DNA of 64,000 nt from Antedon mediterranea (taxonomy: Eukaryota > Animalia > Echinodermata). The stretch lies in the NCBI RefSeq assembly GCF_964355755.1, contig NC_092677.1, forward strand, positions 19,304,101-19,368,100, read 5' to 3'. Made by a program: the position numbers and the translations under genes. This document shows positions 23,601-38,600 of the stretch, one piece after another. The notes below the pieces were generated by a model. It was not told the origin of the DNA and ran no database searches. It was given only the letters and a program-made list of their open reading frames with translations. The stretch's first letter is position 1; the number at the start of each line of letters is the position of its first letter.

Positions 23601-26600
23601 CTGACGTTGCGGATCAATTCCACTTGCATTTTGTCATTGAGTAGATGTTTGTTATGCCACCTTGTCAACAAAATTGTGAAGGTGGTGTAAAAATGGAGTT
23701 TTCAACTAGGTTTAAATCTCTTGATTGTTTATAAAATTTGTTGTTACTATTAATGTACTCTGATTACAATTACTTGCATTTCTATGGCAATTCTTTGCTG
23801 AGGTAAGAAGAGGAATTGATTAATGAAAATGTTACTCTAGAAGCATTTAACAAATATTGCCTTTTCTATGGGTGTAACGTAACATTTAATTTCTTTAATG
23901 AATATAGTTTTTATACCTTGCCGTCAAACATACCAATCATATAAAATTGTTTTAATTCATTGTAAAATACTGTTTACAAACTATCTTTCCAAAATAAAAC
24001 TGTACATGGAGTTTAACTACCTTGTCAAAGTCCTGTAAAGTAGCTCTCATTTCTTTCCATGTCTTGTTTAACCGATGAACACAGATGCAGAAGAATTCAA
24101 AGAAAGCATTGTCACATGCAAAGAATAAGGGATAAAAATCCTGAGATGTTTCATCAGCTATAAAAATAAAGTGCAGATTTTATTAAAAATATTTATTATT
24201 GTCATCAATCTTTAACTGGAAACTGATGAAATTCTAACTAAGCCCTCTACGGACCTAACCTACCACTACTAAATAAATGTTTGTTTGTTTGTTTTTTAAT
24301 ACCAGTTTGAGCCAATTTAGTCCAGCAAAACTTGCATAGTGAACACTGTATAATATATATGCTATTCTTTTTTTGCATTATATTATCATCAAATTACACT
24401 GAATGAATCATTTGAACAATAAAAAACATTTGGCTGGGAATAGCTTTTAAAAATAATAATAACTTACGCATTTCTCCAACATTAAGTATTTCACAGCAAA
24501 TTCTTGTGAGGGCGATTCCTGTGCGACCAAACGGGCATTCATGCTCAAGGCCACGGCTTGAATTCTCAAGAACATGCTAGTGTACACAAATTATAAAATG
24601 GCAATTCTTTCTGGCTTTAAAATTTTTCTTTTTAAGATACAGCCTACCCACAGCATTGTTGATTTTCAGTAATTTTTTATGGTAAATAATTATAAACATC
24701 ATATAATGCTTGGCTTGTTATCTTAACATACAGTACCATCCCGAAAAAAAGTACCATAGCCTTGCAGTTTTTCTGTTGACGAAATTCAGACAAAACGCGG
24801 TTAACAGGTAACGATAGGACAGCCGGGCCACATTCGCGTAGCATCCACCCTGTCTCCATCAATAGCATGATGTCATTGATGTGTTGGTGGGCTGTTCTAT
24901 TTGGGAACAACTTATTTTATTATTATTATTTAATTAAATTGAAATTTTTTTTTAATTGTTTATTAATTATACAATAAACCTGCTTTATGTACATGTATTA
25001 TAGATAGAAACAACACAGAAGCACATCTACACTCACATCTCACTTACAGCAGCACTTATCCTCTGTTCCTTAGTTGCATTATCCTGAATACTATCCTGAG
25101 TTATATTAGTGCATTAAGTATTATTGAATAAACAATATATGTGTTACTGCACAGTCAAGTGAGTCTTTAATACAGTTAAACCTCAAAACATTATATTACA
25201 GTATATACATGTGAAAGTAAAGTGAGTCAAGTTTTTGTTTTTAATTTATTAAATTAATTAATGCTATTATTATGACTAAAAAAATACTATTATTATTAAA
25301 TTATGTATCATTGATAGCTGTATTTTGTATGTATTGTTGGGAATTCTGTGATTTAAACACAATGCTTTTACATTGAGAGAATTATGTAATGGACCTCTCA
25401 CAGCCGGTTTTTTCCCCCGAATATTTTCCGTGGACAGTATTCGTGCAAGGGTACATGTATTCTGGATGGTACTGTATATAAAAATGTTGATTATTCTAAT
25501 GCCTGTGTATACCTTTTCGCATTTTCATTCTAAATATTTAATTCACCTCCATTTCATTCATTTTTTTTACCAAGAAAAATAAACAGGCAAAAACAGATAT
25601 CAGCTTTTGAAATGGCAATATCAGGTAAAAGAAAATGATTTTGCGGCTTGTCAAATTAAATTTAATATATCAGGCCCTGTATATGAAATAACGGCTATGA
25701 CTTTAGGCTATTAATACACCTATACCCATCTAAAGGGGTGAGACTTCTATCTATGTATCTAATAAAAGTGGCAATTGATTTATCAAAAAAATGTTTAAGC
25801 ACATGGTCAGTCTAATAGAGTACTTACTCTTGTGTAGTCAGGTCTGTGTTGAGTTGCTATATAATGCATGCATTCTAATGCTAGAACTCCTGGTGGTGAT
25901 TGTGTAAAATCTTGTGATGGATTTGCACAGTCCTATAAAAATTCACAAATATGGAAACAATTCAAGAACAAAATTATAACACTGTATTTCAACTAAACAC
26001 TAAACTAAAACTAACATTCCTATATGTTGCACGATTTCTGAAAATCACAATTCCAGTGGCATTAATTTTAACTTTCCCTAGTTTGTCATTTATTCTTTAG
26101 TAACTTGCTTTCTTTGTTTACCTGAAAGCCAAGTTTTCTGTAGTCAGCTGTATAATTTGCTTTCTTAGATTCTGTCTCATTCGAAAAAGCTATTCTACGT
26201 AGATCCATTAAACATTCTTTGTATTTAGAAAAATTCTGAAAATAAACAAATAATTTGAATCTATTTATTAATACTATTATATCAAATCATATCATTTATT
26301 TCGCCAATTTTCAAATACAATACAAAGTAAGACATAAAATCAGTACAAAAGTGAATCAATGTGGCTGGATCACCTAAAAGTTATAAATAAAAATAACCAT
26401 CGAGAGCCTCTTCACATAGAAATATACATGAATTGAATAACACATGAATTCCTATAATATTAAGATAAAACGTTAAAATTCTGCAATTGCATTTATATTA
26501 TATGTTTCATGTTCTTGGAAGGTTTTACTTGGCTTTGACGTGGTGACAGACCACAATTCTTTGGTGCCCATCCTTAACTCACACTAACTTGACAAGATCG

Positions 26601-29600
26601 TCAAGCTGCCAACTACTTGTCTTGAAATCCACGCAAAATTCACACATCCCCTAGAAGAAAAGTTGATCAGTTTTGACGACAATACTGCTCCAAAGATTAG
26701 CGCTATCCGCTCTTACACAGATAACCCTGACTAAGCTGACCATTCCGGGAAGTCGCTGCTGATCTCACACACTTGAATGGACTCAATTACCTTATCATTC
26801 TTTGTTGTTACACCAATTTGCCTACCATTATCCCAACTTTAAACGCCACCGCATCTAAGCTACGAGACTTCGCAACGAACTAGCTAAAGCTCTTCTGAGC
26901 TACAGAAACACCCCTTCAAGTAAGGAAGGACTGTCTCCTGCAGTCAAACTATTTGGCAAGCCTATTCAAGATTCATTGCCTGTCCATCATCGTGCATTCG
27001 ACCCACATTGCATAAAATCCATAAAGCGGACAGAGACTCCACAAAAAAAAAATAAATACGAGAAAGAAACTTTGATGTTCACAACAAGCAATTAAATGAT
27101 ATCCAAGTTGGACATCATGTCGCCATGTTCAACCACGACACTAAGTTGTTTGGCATTTACAGTGCTGTTGCTGAAGTCAATGGTCACTGCTAGAGAAGAC
27201 CCCCAAATGATGGCTTATTACCATGTTTTCATGTAAATAATGTACACACCTATATATTATACTGTTAAAAAATATGCCATTGTTTGAACAAATAAATGTT
27301 TTTTGAATTGAATTGAAGAACCCTAGGAGGAAGCATACTTGTGTAAACGTACATTTTGATCAATTTGCAGTACTCCATTTCTGACGAAGACCATCAGGTC
27401 AACGTCGCCCAAAGCGACCACGCAAATTTTCTCTGTTTGTGTCCAGGCAGGTAATAAGGTCTGCTAAAATTCTGATATTAATCTGCTTGATATGCAGATG
27501 TCCTAACCATTAGACCACTGGGGCTTTCATGGTATTGTTCAAACTCGATTGGATAGCGACTCATCAGCGTGATACGGCAGAACAGCACTAGTCCCTTAAT
27601 TGTACGGACGTGCACCAGAGATCAAATAGATACGCCCTTGGTGTGGTACGGCGGAACAGCACTAGTCCTTTAATTGTACGGACGTGCACCAGAGATCAAA
27701 TAGATACGCCCTTGGTGTGGTAAGGCGGAACAGCACTAGTCCCTTAATTGTACGGACGTGCACCAGAGATCAAATAGATACACCCTTGGTGTGGTACGGC
27801 GGAACAGCACTAGTCCCTTAATTGTACGGACGTGCACCAGAGATCTAATAGATACACCCTTGGTGTGGTACGGCAGAACAGCAATAGTCCCTTAATTGTA
27901 CGGACGTGCACCAGAGATCAAATAGATACGCCCTTGGTGTGATACGGCGGAACAGCACTAGTCCCTTAATTGTACGGACGTGCACCAGAGATCAAATAGA
28001 TACACCCTTGGTGTGGTACGGCGGAACAGCACTAGTCCCTTAATTGTACGGACGTGCACCAGAGATCAAATTGATACACCCTTGGTGTGGTACGGCGGAA
28101 CAGCACTAGTCCCTTAATTGTACGGACGTGCACCAGAGATCAAATTGATACACCCTTGATGTGGTACGGCGGAACAGCACTAGTCCCTTAATTGTACGGA
28201 CGTGCACCAGAGATCAAATTGATACGCCCTTGGTGTGGTACGGCGGAACAGCACTAGTCCCTTAATTGTACGGACGTGCACCAGAGATCAAATAGATACG
28301 CCCTTGGTGTGGTACGGCGGAACAGCACTAGTCCCTTAATTGTACGGACGTGCACCAGAGATCAAATTGATACGCCCTTGGTGTGGTACGGCGGAACAGC
28401 ACTAGTCCTTTAATTGTACGGACGTGCACCAGAGATCAAATAGATACGCCCTTGGTGTGGTACGGCAGAACAGCACTAGTCCCTTAATTGTACGGACGTG
28501 CACCAGAGATCAAATAGATACGCCCTTGGTGTGGTACGGCAGAACAGCACTAGTCCCTTAATTGTACGGACATGCACCAGAGATCAAATAGATACGCCCT
28601 TGGTGTGGTACAACGAAACAGCACTAGTCCCTTAATTTTACGGACGTGCACCAGAAATCAAATAGATACACCCTCATCTTTTCAGTATTTTTATTCATGA
28701 AGCGGTATCTCTGGAGATTTTAGGACAGTGTAAGTCTGTCTATTGAGCTGACATTTTCTCCAACTGCACCAGTGTGAGTTAGTTGTTATGGTTGTCCATG
28801 TAGGTTTTTGTTGCCACTTCAGTGTATGTAATGCATCTACAGTGATATAATTTTGTTTCTGTATACAACCACCTACTGTCCAAATCAAGTCACTTTATTA
28901 GTTGTTTCTAGGTACATAACCAATGTATCTTTTTATACCGGTGTACTACCACACACACACATGAAGATTTCCAGTATGTAGGATTGGTTTAGTAGCAACA
29001 CAAATCTTATTAATTAGTATGTCTGCTTTTAAAAGCGCTCGAGATGAAGTTTTTCTTGTTATCATTTAAAAATCAAGGATGTCGGTGCATATTTAAGCAT
29101 TGTGGAATGTAGTATCTCTGTGGCATTAAAGGTGATAATACTTTGCTAAACTGGTTTTTGTAATCACTGGTATTTATTATATTTAAAGCAGCAACAGATT
29201 TAGGTAAGAGCGATATATTTCTGTATATAAATTTAGCTTGCAATGTCAGTGTCAAAGTCTGCTTTTTAGACACTTTGGTTCCAACAAAGACATCTGGAAT
29301 GCATCCAATTTGTTTTAGAAGCCAATAAGCCAGCAAAAAAGGTGTTGTTAGCACAGGACCAGAAAGTTTCTGGTTATTTTAATGCGTATTACCTAGGCCA
29401 TGTTGATAAACTGTATCTTCTTCAAGAGTTGAACTCTAAAGTCTAAGCAAATATATGCACTGGCCAGGATAATTCTTTTCTTTGTTGGAATATAATTTAT
29501 AGTGATTCCTAAATGTTGATAAACTCATCCTTCGCTTCAGTGTCGACATCTAAATTAGGTGCACACACTGATAAGATGGAATAATAGGTAATGATCATAA

Positions 29601-32600
29601 TGGTGATGACAAGAGTGATGATCACAATAGTGATAAAATGCTGATGGTTAAAAGGGTAGTGATGACAGTTGCTTAATGTGATGCTTTCTAGATAAATTTA
29701 TCATTTTGGTGTTATTGTACTATTTAAATTTGTTTTGATGTAAAGTGCTTTGTCAAGTAAAAGCGCTGTATCAATCCGTTATTAGGATGATACGATGGAT
29801 GATGACAATGGCCATGACAATGATAGCAGTGTTAAAAATATGAGATGATTGTAATAAGAAAATGATTGATAATAATGATAATTATAACAAAACAATCTAT
29901 AATTACTTCACTGTTTGCACTAAGTTTGGTATTCATCTTTCTCTCTAAAAGGTTAAAGTTCAACTGTTGGAATACATACAACTGGTGCAGCATGTCTGAC
30001 CCTGTAGGATTTTTCTGTACAACCTGCAAAAATACAATTTTCTTACAATTCACAATAATGACAAATCTTAGCATCCGACAGTTTTTTGACCAACGATACT
30101 TGCATTTATACTCTTCTTAACCAATAACACAATACAATTCCACTTTATATATAATTAAATGATTTACCATTCAACTGTAAAAATACAATGATAAATAAAT
30201 ACTTGGCAATGGCAGGTTACCTGTCTACCAGTTTTATTTAGGTGTGTAAAATTTGTTTGCAAAAGGAATACTGTATCACTACTTGTATGATACTTTCAAC
30301 AAACAATGAGCACTCCTCAGAATGCAGGCATGTTGTCTTGTGAAGCAGAGGTTCACATCATGTTAAAAAGCCCAACATTACATTTTTTTTAGAAATACAG
30401 TATGTTTATATATGGCTATTTTTGTAATATTTGCGGCAAGTGAGGTAGCACTAATTAATTATTTAGCCTATGACAATACAGAATGGATATATTAAGTTTT
30501 TGTAATGTCACCAATACAGCTATATCAATTTTTCTGAAAATCAATAGACATGGTATGTTGGTATAGCCATTTTTAAAAAGAATTATCATGCAAACAAACT
30601 TACAAAGGTAAGTAATACACTTAGCAAAAAGCTCGCAAAGCTTTTCAGCGAGTAAAAAATAAATAAGTAATAAATTAAACTTACTTCTAGAATAGCAACT
30701 CTAACTTCCTTTGAAGCTAAAGCATCATCAAAAAATGCCTGATAAGAAAAATAATATAGTGTAATAGTATGAGAATAACTTTATTTATATTGTTTGAGAT
30801 TCGCATGGCAAATTAATGTTTCAGTTTATATAAATTTTGCGGTACACCACATACAGTGTACATGGTTCTGAAAAGATTTCTCACTTCTGAGGACGATCGA
30901 AGCATATGGATCGAAAGTCGAGAAACTCAACATTTCTTTTCAGAACTATGTACATGAGGTACCTCAAACTCCATGATAAAATATAACAAAAGTTCCAAAT
31001 AAATTTTGTTCATGGGCCATAGTATTATAGTAGTAGTATCATGAATTATGAAAAGGATGAATATGGATCTTGTAGATTTAAGATTTACGTTTAAATGTGA
31101 TTTGATTTTTGTATTAATTGATTATTACTATGTATTTTTGAAAATGTATTATTTCAGTCCTTTTTTAAATTGCCCCACTCACGCGGGATGAATTAAGAAT
31201 TTGGAATTTAGTTGTTCCCATTATTTAATCAAAATCATACAAACGATCTAAAGCTAATATAAATGCTTTTTTGGTCTAAATTAGTATGTACATCTTAATT
31301 TGTTTATTTAATATATTCTCCACACATAACGAATATTAACAAGTTCGACAATAATTAAAAACATAGAATGTGTGGAAGGAAGCCTAAAATAAGTTAAATA
31401 GTGTGTACTATTGCACACCATGTGACCAAAAATTGTCCAATGAAATGACAAGAATTTATTTAGGTGTTATATAACAAATAATATAAAAGCCCATTCACAA
31501 TTTTTAATTTTTTACAAAAAGAAAAGTACCCATGTTTTTAAAAAATAATGACATTTTGAAGAGATCTGGAAAATAATAACCACAAGAGGTCAAGAATATT
31601 GTTACAATTAATCACCTTTTTGTTGTCTTCTGGAGCATGAAGACAAAGAGCATTAATTAATGCAATACAACTTGTCTTGATCTCTTGACTCCCAGTACTG
31701 AAAATAAATAAAATCATTTGATCAGATGATGACTTTTGGTCAAAAAAGTAGTACTGTACAATATTTATTTCCAGAAAAAAGCTTATTAAAAGTTTTTTTT
31801 TTTTTAAATTTTTATCCAGGTAAGAACTCTTTAATTTTATATACAGTACAAATGATAAGAATACGTTCACACAAACAGCGTTTCAAACTGGTGTGCATGG
31901 GCCTAAGCAAGTAGTAAGGTAATTCACAGTTTAAAATGTCAAATGCTCACACATACAGCTTTTAAGACTGGTGTGCATGGGCCTAAGCAAGTAGTAAGGT
32001 AATTCACAGTTTAAAATGTCAAATGCTCACACATACAGCTTTTAAGACTGGTGTGCATGGGCCTAAGCAAGTAGTAAGGTAATTCACAGTTTAAAATGTC
32101 AAATGCTCACACATACAGCTTTTAAGACTGGTGTGCATGGGCCTAAGCAAGTAGTAAGGTAATTCACAGTTTAAAATGTCAAATGCTCACACATACAGCT
32201 TTTAAGACTGGTGTGCATGGGCCTAAGCAAGTAGTAAGGTAATTCACAGTTTAAAATGTCAAATGCTCACACATACAGCGTTTAAGACTGGTGTGCATGG
32301 GCCTAAGCAAGTAGTAAGGTAATTCACAGTTTAAAATGTCAAATGCTCACACATACAGCTTTAACACTGGTGTGCACGGGCCTAAGCAAGTAGTAAGGTA
32401 ATTCACAGTTTGAAATGTCAAATGCTCACACATACAGCTTTTAAGACTGGTGTGCATGGGCCTAAGCAAGTAGTAAGGTAATTCACAGTTTAAAATGTCA
32501 AATGCTCACACATACAGCTTTAAGACTGGTGTGCATGGGCCTAAAGCAAGTAGTAAGGTAATTCACAGTTTAAAATGTCAAATGCTCACACATACAGCGT

Positions 32601-35600
32601 TTAAGACTGGTGTGCATGGGCCTAAAGCAAGTAGTAAGGTAATTCACAGTTTAAAATGTCAAATGCTCACACATACAGCGTTTAAGACTGGTGTGCATGG
32701 GCCTAAGCAAGTAGTAAGGTAATTCACAGTTTAAAATGTCAAATGCTCACACATACAGCGTTTAAGACTGGTGTGCATGGGCCTAAGCAAGTAGTAAGGT
32801 AATTCACAGTTTGAAATGTCAAATGCTAACACATACAGCTTTTAAGACTGGTGTGCATGGGCCTAAGCAAGTACTAAGGTAATTTACAGTTTAAAGTGTC
32901 AAATGCTCACACATACAGCGTTTAAAACTGGTGTGCATGGGCCTAAGCAAGTAGTAAGGTAATTCACAGTTTAAAATGTCAAATGTTCACACATACAGCT
33001 TTTAAGACCGGTGTGCATGGGCCTAAGCAAGTAGTAAGGTAATTCACAGTTTAAAATGTCAAATGCTCACACATACAGCGTTTAAGACTGGTGTGCATGG
33101 GCCTAAGCAAGTAGTAAGGTAATTCACAGTTTAAAATGTCAAATGCTCACACATACAGCTTTTAAGACTGGTGTGCATGGGCCTAAGCAAGTAGTAAGGT
33201 AATTCACAGTTTAAAATGCCAAATGCTCACACTACAGCGTTTAAAACTGGTGTGCATGGGCCTAAGCAAGTAGTAAGGTAATTCACAGTTTAAAATGTCA
33301 AATGCTCACACATACAGCGTTTAAGACTGGTGTGCATGGGCCTAAGCAAGTAGTAAGGTAATTCACAGTTTAAAATGTCAAATGCTCACACATACAGCTT
33401 TTAAGACTGGTGTGCATGGGCCTAAGCAAGTAGTAAGGTAATTCACAGTTTAAAATGTCAAATGCTCACACATACAGCGTTTAAGACTGGTGTGCATGGG
33501 CCTAAGCAAGTAGTAAGGTAATTCACAGTTTAAAATGTCAAATGCTCACACATACAGCGTTTAAGACTGGTGTGCATGGGCCTAAGTAAGTAGTAAGGTA
33601 ATTCACAGTTTAAAATGTCAAATGCTCACACATACAGCTTTTAAGACTGGTGTGCATGGGCCTAAGCAAGTAGTAAGGTAATTCACAGTTTAAAATGTCA
33701 AATGCTCACACATACAGCTTTTAAGACTGGTGTGCATGGGCCTAAAGCAAGTAGTAAGGTAATTCACAGTTTAAAATGTCAAATGCTCACACATACAGCG
33801 TTTAAGACTGGTGTGCACGGGCCTAAGCAAGTAGTAAGGTAATTCACAGTTTAAAATGTCAAATGCTCACACAAACAGCGTTTAAGACTGGTGTGCATGG
33901 GCCTAAGCAAGTAGTAAGGTAATTCACAGTTTAAAATGTCAAATGCTCACACATACAGCGTTTAAGACTGGTGTGCATGGGCCTAAGCAAGTAGTAAGGT
34001 AATTCACAGTTTAAAATGTCAAATGCTCACACATACAGCGTTTAAGACTGGTGTGCATGGGCCTAAGCAAGTAGTAAGGTAATTCACAGTTTAAAATGTC
34101 AAATGCTCACACATACAGCGTTTAAGACTGGTGTGCATGGGCCTAAGCAAGTAGTAAGGTAATTCACAGTTTAAAATGTCAAATGCTCACACATACAGCG
34201 TTTAAGACTGGTGTGCATGGGCCTAAGCAAGTAGTAAGGTAATTCACAGTTTAAAATGTCAAATGCTCACACATACAGCTTTTAAGACTGGTGTGCATGG
34301 GCCTAAGCAAGTAGTAAGGTAATTCACAGTTTAAAATGTCAAATGCTCACACATACAGCGTTTAAGACTGGTGTGCATGGGCCTAAGCAAGTAGTAAGGT
34401 AATTCACAGTTTAAAATGTCAAATGCTCACACATACAGCTTTAACACTGGTGTGCACGGGCCTAAGCAAGTAGTAAGGTAATTCACAGTTTAAAATGTCA
34501 AATGCTCACACATACAGCGTTTAAGACTGGTGTGCATGGGCCTAAGCAAGTAGTAAGGTAATTCACAGTTTAAAATGTCAAATGCTCACACATACAGCGT
34601 TTAAGACTGGTGTCCATGGGCCTAAGCAAGTAGTAAGGTAATTCACAGTTTAAAATGTCAAATGCTCACACATACAGCGTTTAAGACTGGTGTCCATGGG
34701 CCTAAGCAAGTAGTAAGGTAATTCACAGTTTAAAATGTCAAATGCTCACACATACAGCTTTAACACTGGTGTGCATGGGCCTAAGCAAGTAGTAAGGTAA
34801 TTCACAGTTTAAAATGTCAAATGCTCACACATACAGCGTTTAAGACTGGTGTGCATGGGCCTAAGTAAGTAGTAAGGTAATTCACAGTTTAAAATGTCAA
34901 ATGCTCACACATACAGCTTTAAGACTGGTGTGCATGGGCCTAAGCAAGTAGTAAGGTAATTCACAGTTTAAAATGTCAAATGCTCACACATACAGCTTTT
35001 AAGACTGGTGTGCATGGGCCTAAGCAAGTAGTAAGGTAATTCACAGTTTAAAATGTCAAATGCTCACACATACAGCGTTTAAAACTGGTGTGCATGGGCC
35101 TAAGCAAGTAGTAAGGTAATTCACAGTTTAAAATGTCAAATGCTCACACATACAGCGTTTAAGACTGGTGTGCATGGGCCTAAGCAAGTAGTAAGGTAAT
35201 TCACAGTTTAAAATGTCAAATGCTCACAAATACAGCGTTTAAGACTGGTGTGCATGGGCCTAAGCAAGTAGTAAGGTAATTCACAGTTTAAAATGTCAAA
35301 TGCTCACACATACAGCGTTTAAGACTGGTGTGCATGGGCCTAAGCAAGTAGTAAGGTAATTCACAGTTTAAAATGTCAAATGCTCACACATACAGCGTTT
35401 AAGACTGGTGTGCATGGGCCTAAGCAAGTAGTAAGGTAATTCACAGTTTGAAATGTCAAATGCTAACACATACAGCTTTAAGACTGGTGTCCATGGGCCT
35501 AAGCAAGTAGTAAGGTAATTCACAGTTTAAAATGTCAAATGCTCACACATACAGCGTTTAAGACTGGTGTGCACGGGCCTAAGCAAGTAGTAAGGTAATT

Positions 35601-38600
35601 CACAGTTTAAAATGTCAAATGCTCACACATACAGCTTTTAAGACTGGTGTGCACGGGCCTAAGCAAGTAGTAAGGTAATTCACAGTTTAAAATGTCAAAT
35701 GCTCACACATACAGCGTTTAAGACTGGTGTGCATGGGCCTAAGCAAGTAGTAAGGTAATTCACAGTTTAAAATGTCAAATGCTCACACATACAGCGTTTA
35801 AGACTGGTGTGCATGGGTCTAAGCAAGTAGTAAGGTAATTCACAGTTTAAAATGTCAAATGCTCACACATACAGCTTTTAAGACTGGTGTGCACGGGCCT
35901 AAGCAAGTAGTAAGGTAATTCACAGTTTAAAATGTCAAATGCTCACACAAACAGCTTTTAAGACTGGTGTGCATGGGCCTAAGCAAGTAGTAAGGTAATT
36001 CACAGTTTAAAATGTCAAATGCTCACACAAACAGCTTTTAAGACTGGTGTGCATGGGCCTAAGCAAGTAGTAAGGTAATTCACAGTTTAAAATGTCAAAT
36101 GCTCACACTACAGCGTTAGTTATTATATTAATTAACGACGAATTTCATTTTTTAATCAAATGCTCATTTTATTCAGATTTACGTTATGATTGGTATAGCA
36201 ATGTTAGAGAGAGAGCTATTTATTTTGATTATTTAAATGAAAATGACAAATTCATTTTTCTTATGGGTGCGCATTATTTTGATATTATTTTGCTTGTTAT
36301 CAATTATGTTAACTTCGCATTTTTTAGGAGACATAATTGTTTGTGAAAGTTCTGATGTTGTTTATTTGTTTGTTTTGTTGCTAATAACTTCTTGATGTTA
36401 TATTTTATCAAATTTGTTTTGATGTATTATTAAAAAATTAAATTAATGAATAGCGTTTAATTTAACTTTTACATTTACATACAAGTAGGGTCCCTAAATA
36501 AATTTAATACATTTTACACAGTCATGAATCAGTCATGAGTCCAGAAAATCAATTGAACTTTTTTTAGCTATTGCTTACTTTTCTTTCACTCTAAACAATT
36601 CATTTTTTCAGATCTAAGAGCAGAGATCAGCTAAATAGTTGTTTTTATCACCAAGCAAATTTACAATACTGTACATCAACAAAAACATGAATTGGTATAT
36701 GTGTACCGCCAAACCAAAACCAGGCGTTTGTCGGCAGCAAGGGATTTCTGTAAAATGCTTCTGAATGTGTAAAACCTATATCTTGACCATTTTTAGTTTT
36801 TTAAATAATCTTACAGAAAATTTACCGTAGATTCCAAAAATCTATGTATTTTAAAGAAATTATAAGTATAAATCAATGAAAATAACGTTTTAATGAGACC
36901 CCCTTTTTCGTCTTTGGTGAAAAAATCAAGTTCTGTTCTGTAATTTGTGTCTATTTCTAACCAACTTTTACATCTTTGATTATGAGAAGACCCCTTAATG
37001 TGTGGTATTTTTAGAAAGCTCGTGAAAAAATCTTTCCAAAGATAAAGGTTGTAGGTCATGTAAAATAATAGTATAGCCAATCAAACACATTCTTTAATAA
37101 CCTTTTGGTATAAGCAAACCAGTCTTGTTGCTACGGAATCCTGAAACAGGCAATTTGATTGGCTAACAGAGTGGCTCAAGTCATTGAAGCGTTAAATTTG
37201 CCTTTAACAGCTATTCAAAGTACACTGAGGAAGCGGTAAGGTTTTAACAAAACTTTCTTACTGTAAAAAACATTCAATATTAATTCATACTTGCTATTTA
37301 TGCATCCTAGATAATAATAAAACAACATAGAATAGTTTAATGATTTATATAATATGAAAAGTAGAAATATTGGCTTCACTAGCGAATCATAAACAACAAG
37401 AGGTTAGAAAGTACGAAATGACTTTCTAGCGCGACACACTCAGTTTGGTGAACACAGAAACACTTTTGATCAAAATATTAGGCCTAGCCTAGGCATAAGA
37501 TAAGAGATGAACTGTATGCCAGCTTAGTACTTCAAGTTAGCCTAGTAAAACCACCTAGCATACCTTGGTCTAGGCCTAGCCCAAAAAAAAATGATTTTTA
37601 AATGTGCTTAAAAAAGTTTAATTTAATTTTTCATTCTGTTTTCAGATCTTGATTGGTATACTGTAATGTAATACCAATAGTTTTGACAGTGGTGGTGATG
37701 CTGTTGCTACTTTCTCTTCTCAAAGAACTCCAATAATGGTGATACGGTGCTTAATATAACTTTACAAAAATGACTTTGATTCTGATGATACATGACACAT
37801 GTATTCTATTATGCAACGTAACCCTGAATAAAACCGTGAAATAATTGTATCGAAAAATATGTATGTATTTAAATGACCCGGCGCAAAAGATGATAATACT
37901 GTTGTTGTAATACGCAGCCTAAAATGACCAAAATTTTATAATTTAAAGTGTACCAATTGTAAATAAATTTAAACACATCAAACACAATCAACTGTCTGTG
38001 TATCATTAATTTTGGTTCATTTCTATGTGTTGTATTTTTATTGTCACTTTATTAATAGTACTTATTTATAGTTATTACAAGCCTCACACATAACATAAGT
38101 TTAGTAAAAAAAAGTTTACTAACGTATGTTGTTATTTGAAGTCTCATTTGACAATGTTAATGTTACTGGATTTCTTTGAAAATGTCAATGATTATAGAAA
38201 GATGTATTAGTTACATTTGTGCTAAATTTCAAAGTCATAGGTATACTAGAAGTTAGCGTTGTCAAGGTGAACATGAGTCGCTGTCTGCCAGCACATTTAA
38301 ACTTCCTGTTTGAACTATTGTTTATCTTTGAATGCATTTTTCACTGCTTAATAAAAATGAATTCTTACTTGTATTTCTTTACTTATTGTATCATAACTCT
38401 AAAAATACTGGACCAAATTGAATAATTTTTTCAGTATTTTAAAGCAAATTATGTGCTCTGTACAAATATCTTGAAAACTCAAAATGTCACATTTACGACA
38501 AATGCCTGGTTTTGATTTGGCTGTACACATATCTTGAAAAAGGTCAAAATTATCTGTGGCATTGTTAAAATAATAAAATAATAATGTAGCTGTTGTACAT

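Noticed and set aside
32495-32722. 75-aa repetitive ORF
   Set aside because: Artefact of indel variants within the 80-bp satellite.
27568-36116. 74-bp and 80-bp arrays as CRISPR arrays
   Set aside because: Units are contiguous and near-identical with no unique spacers, there are no cas genes, and the context is a eukaryotic intron.
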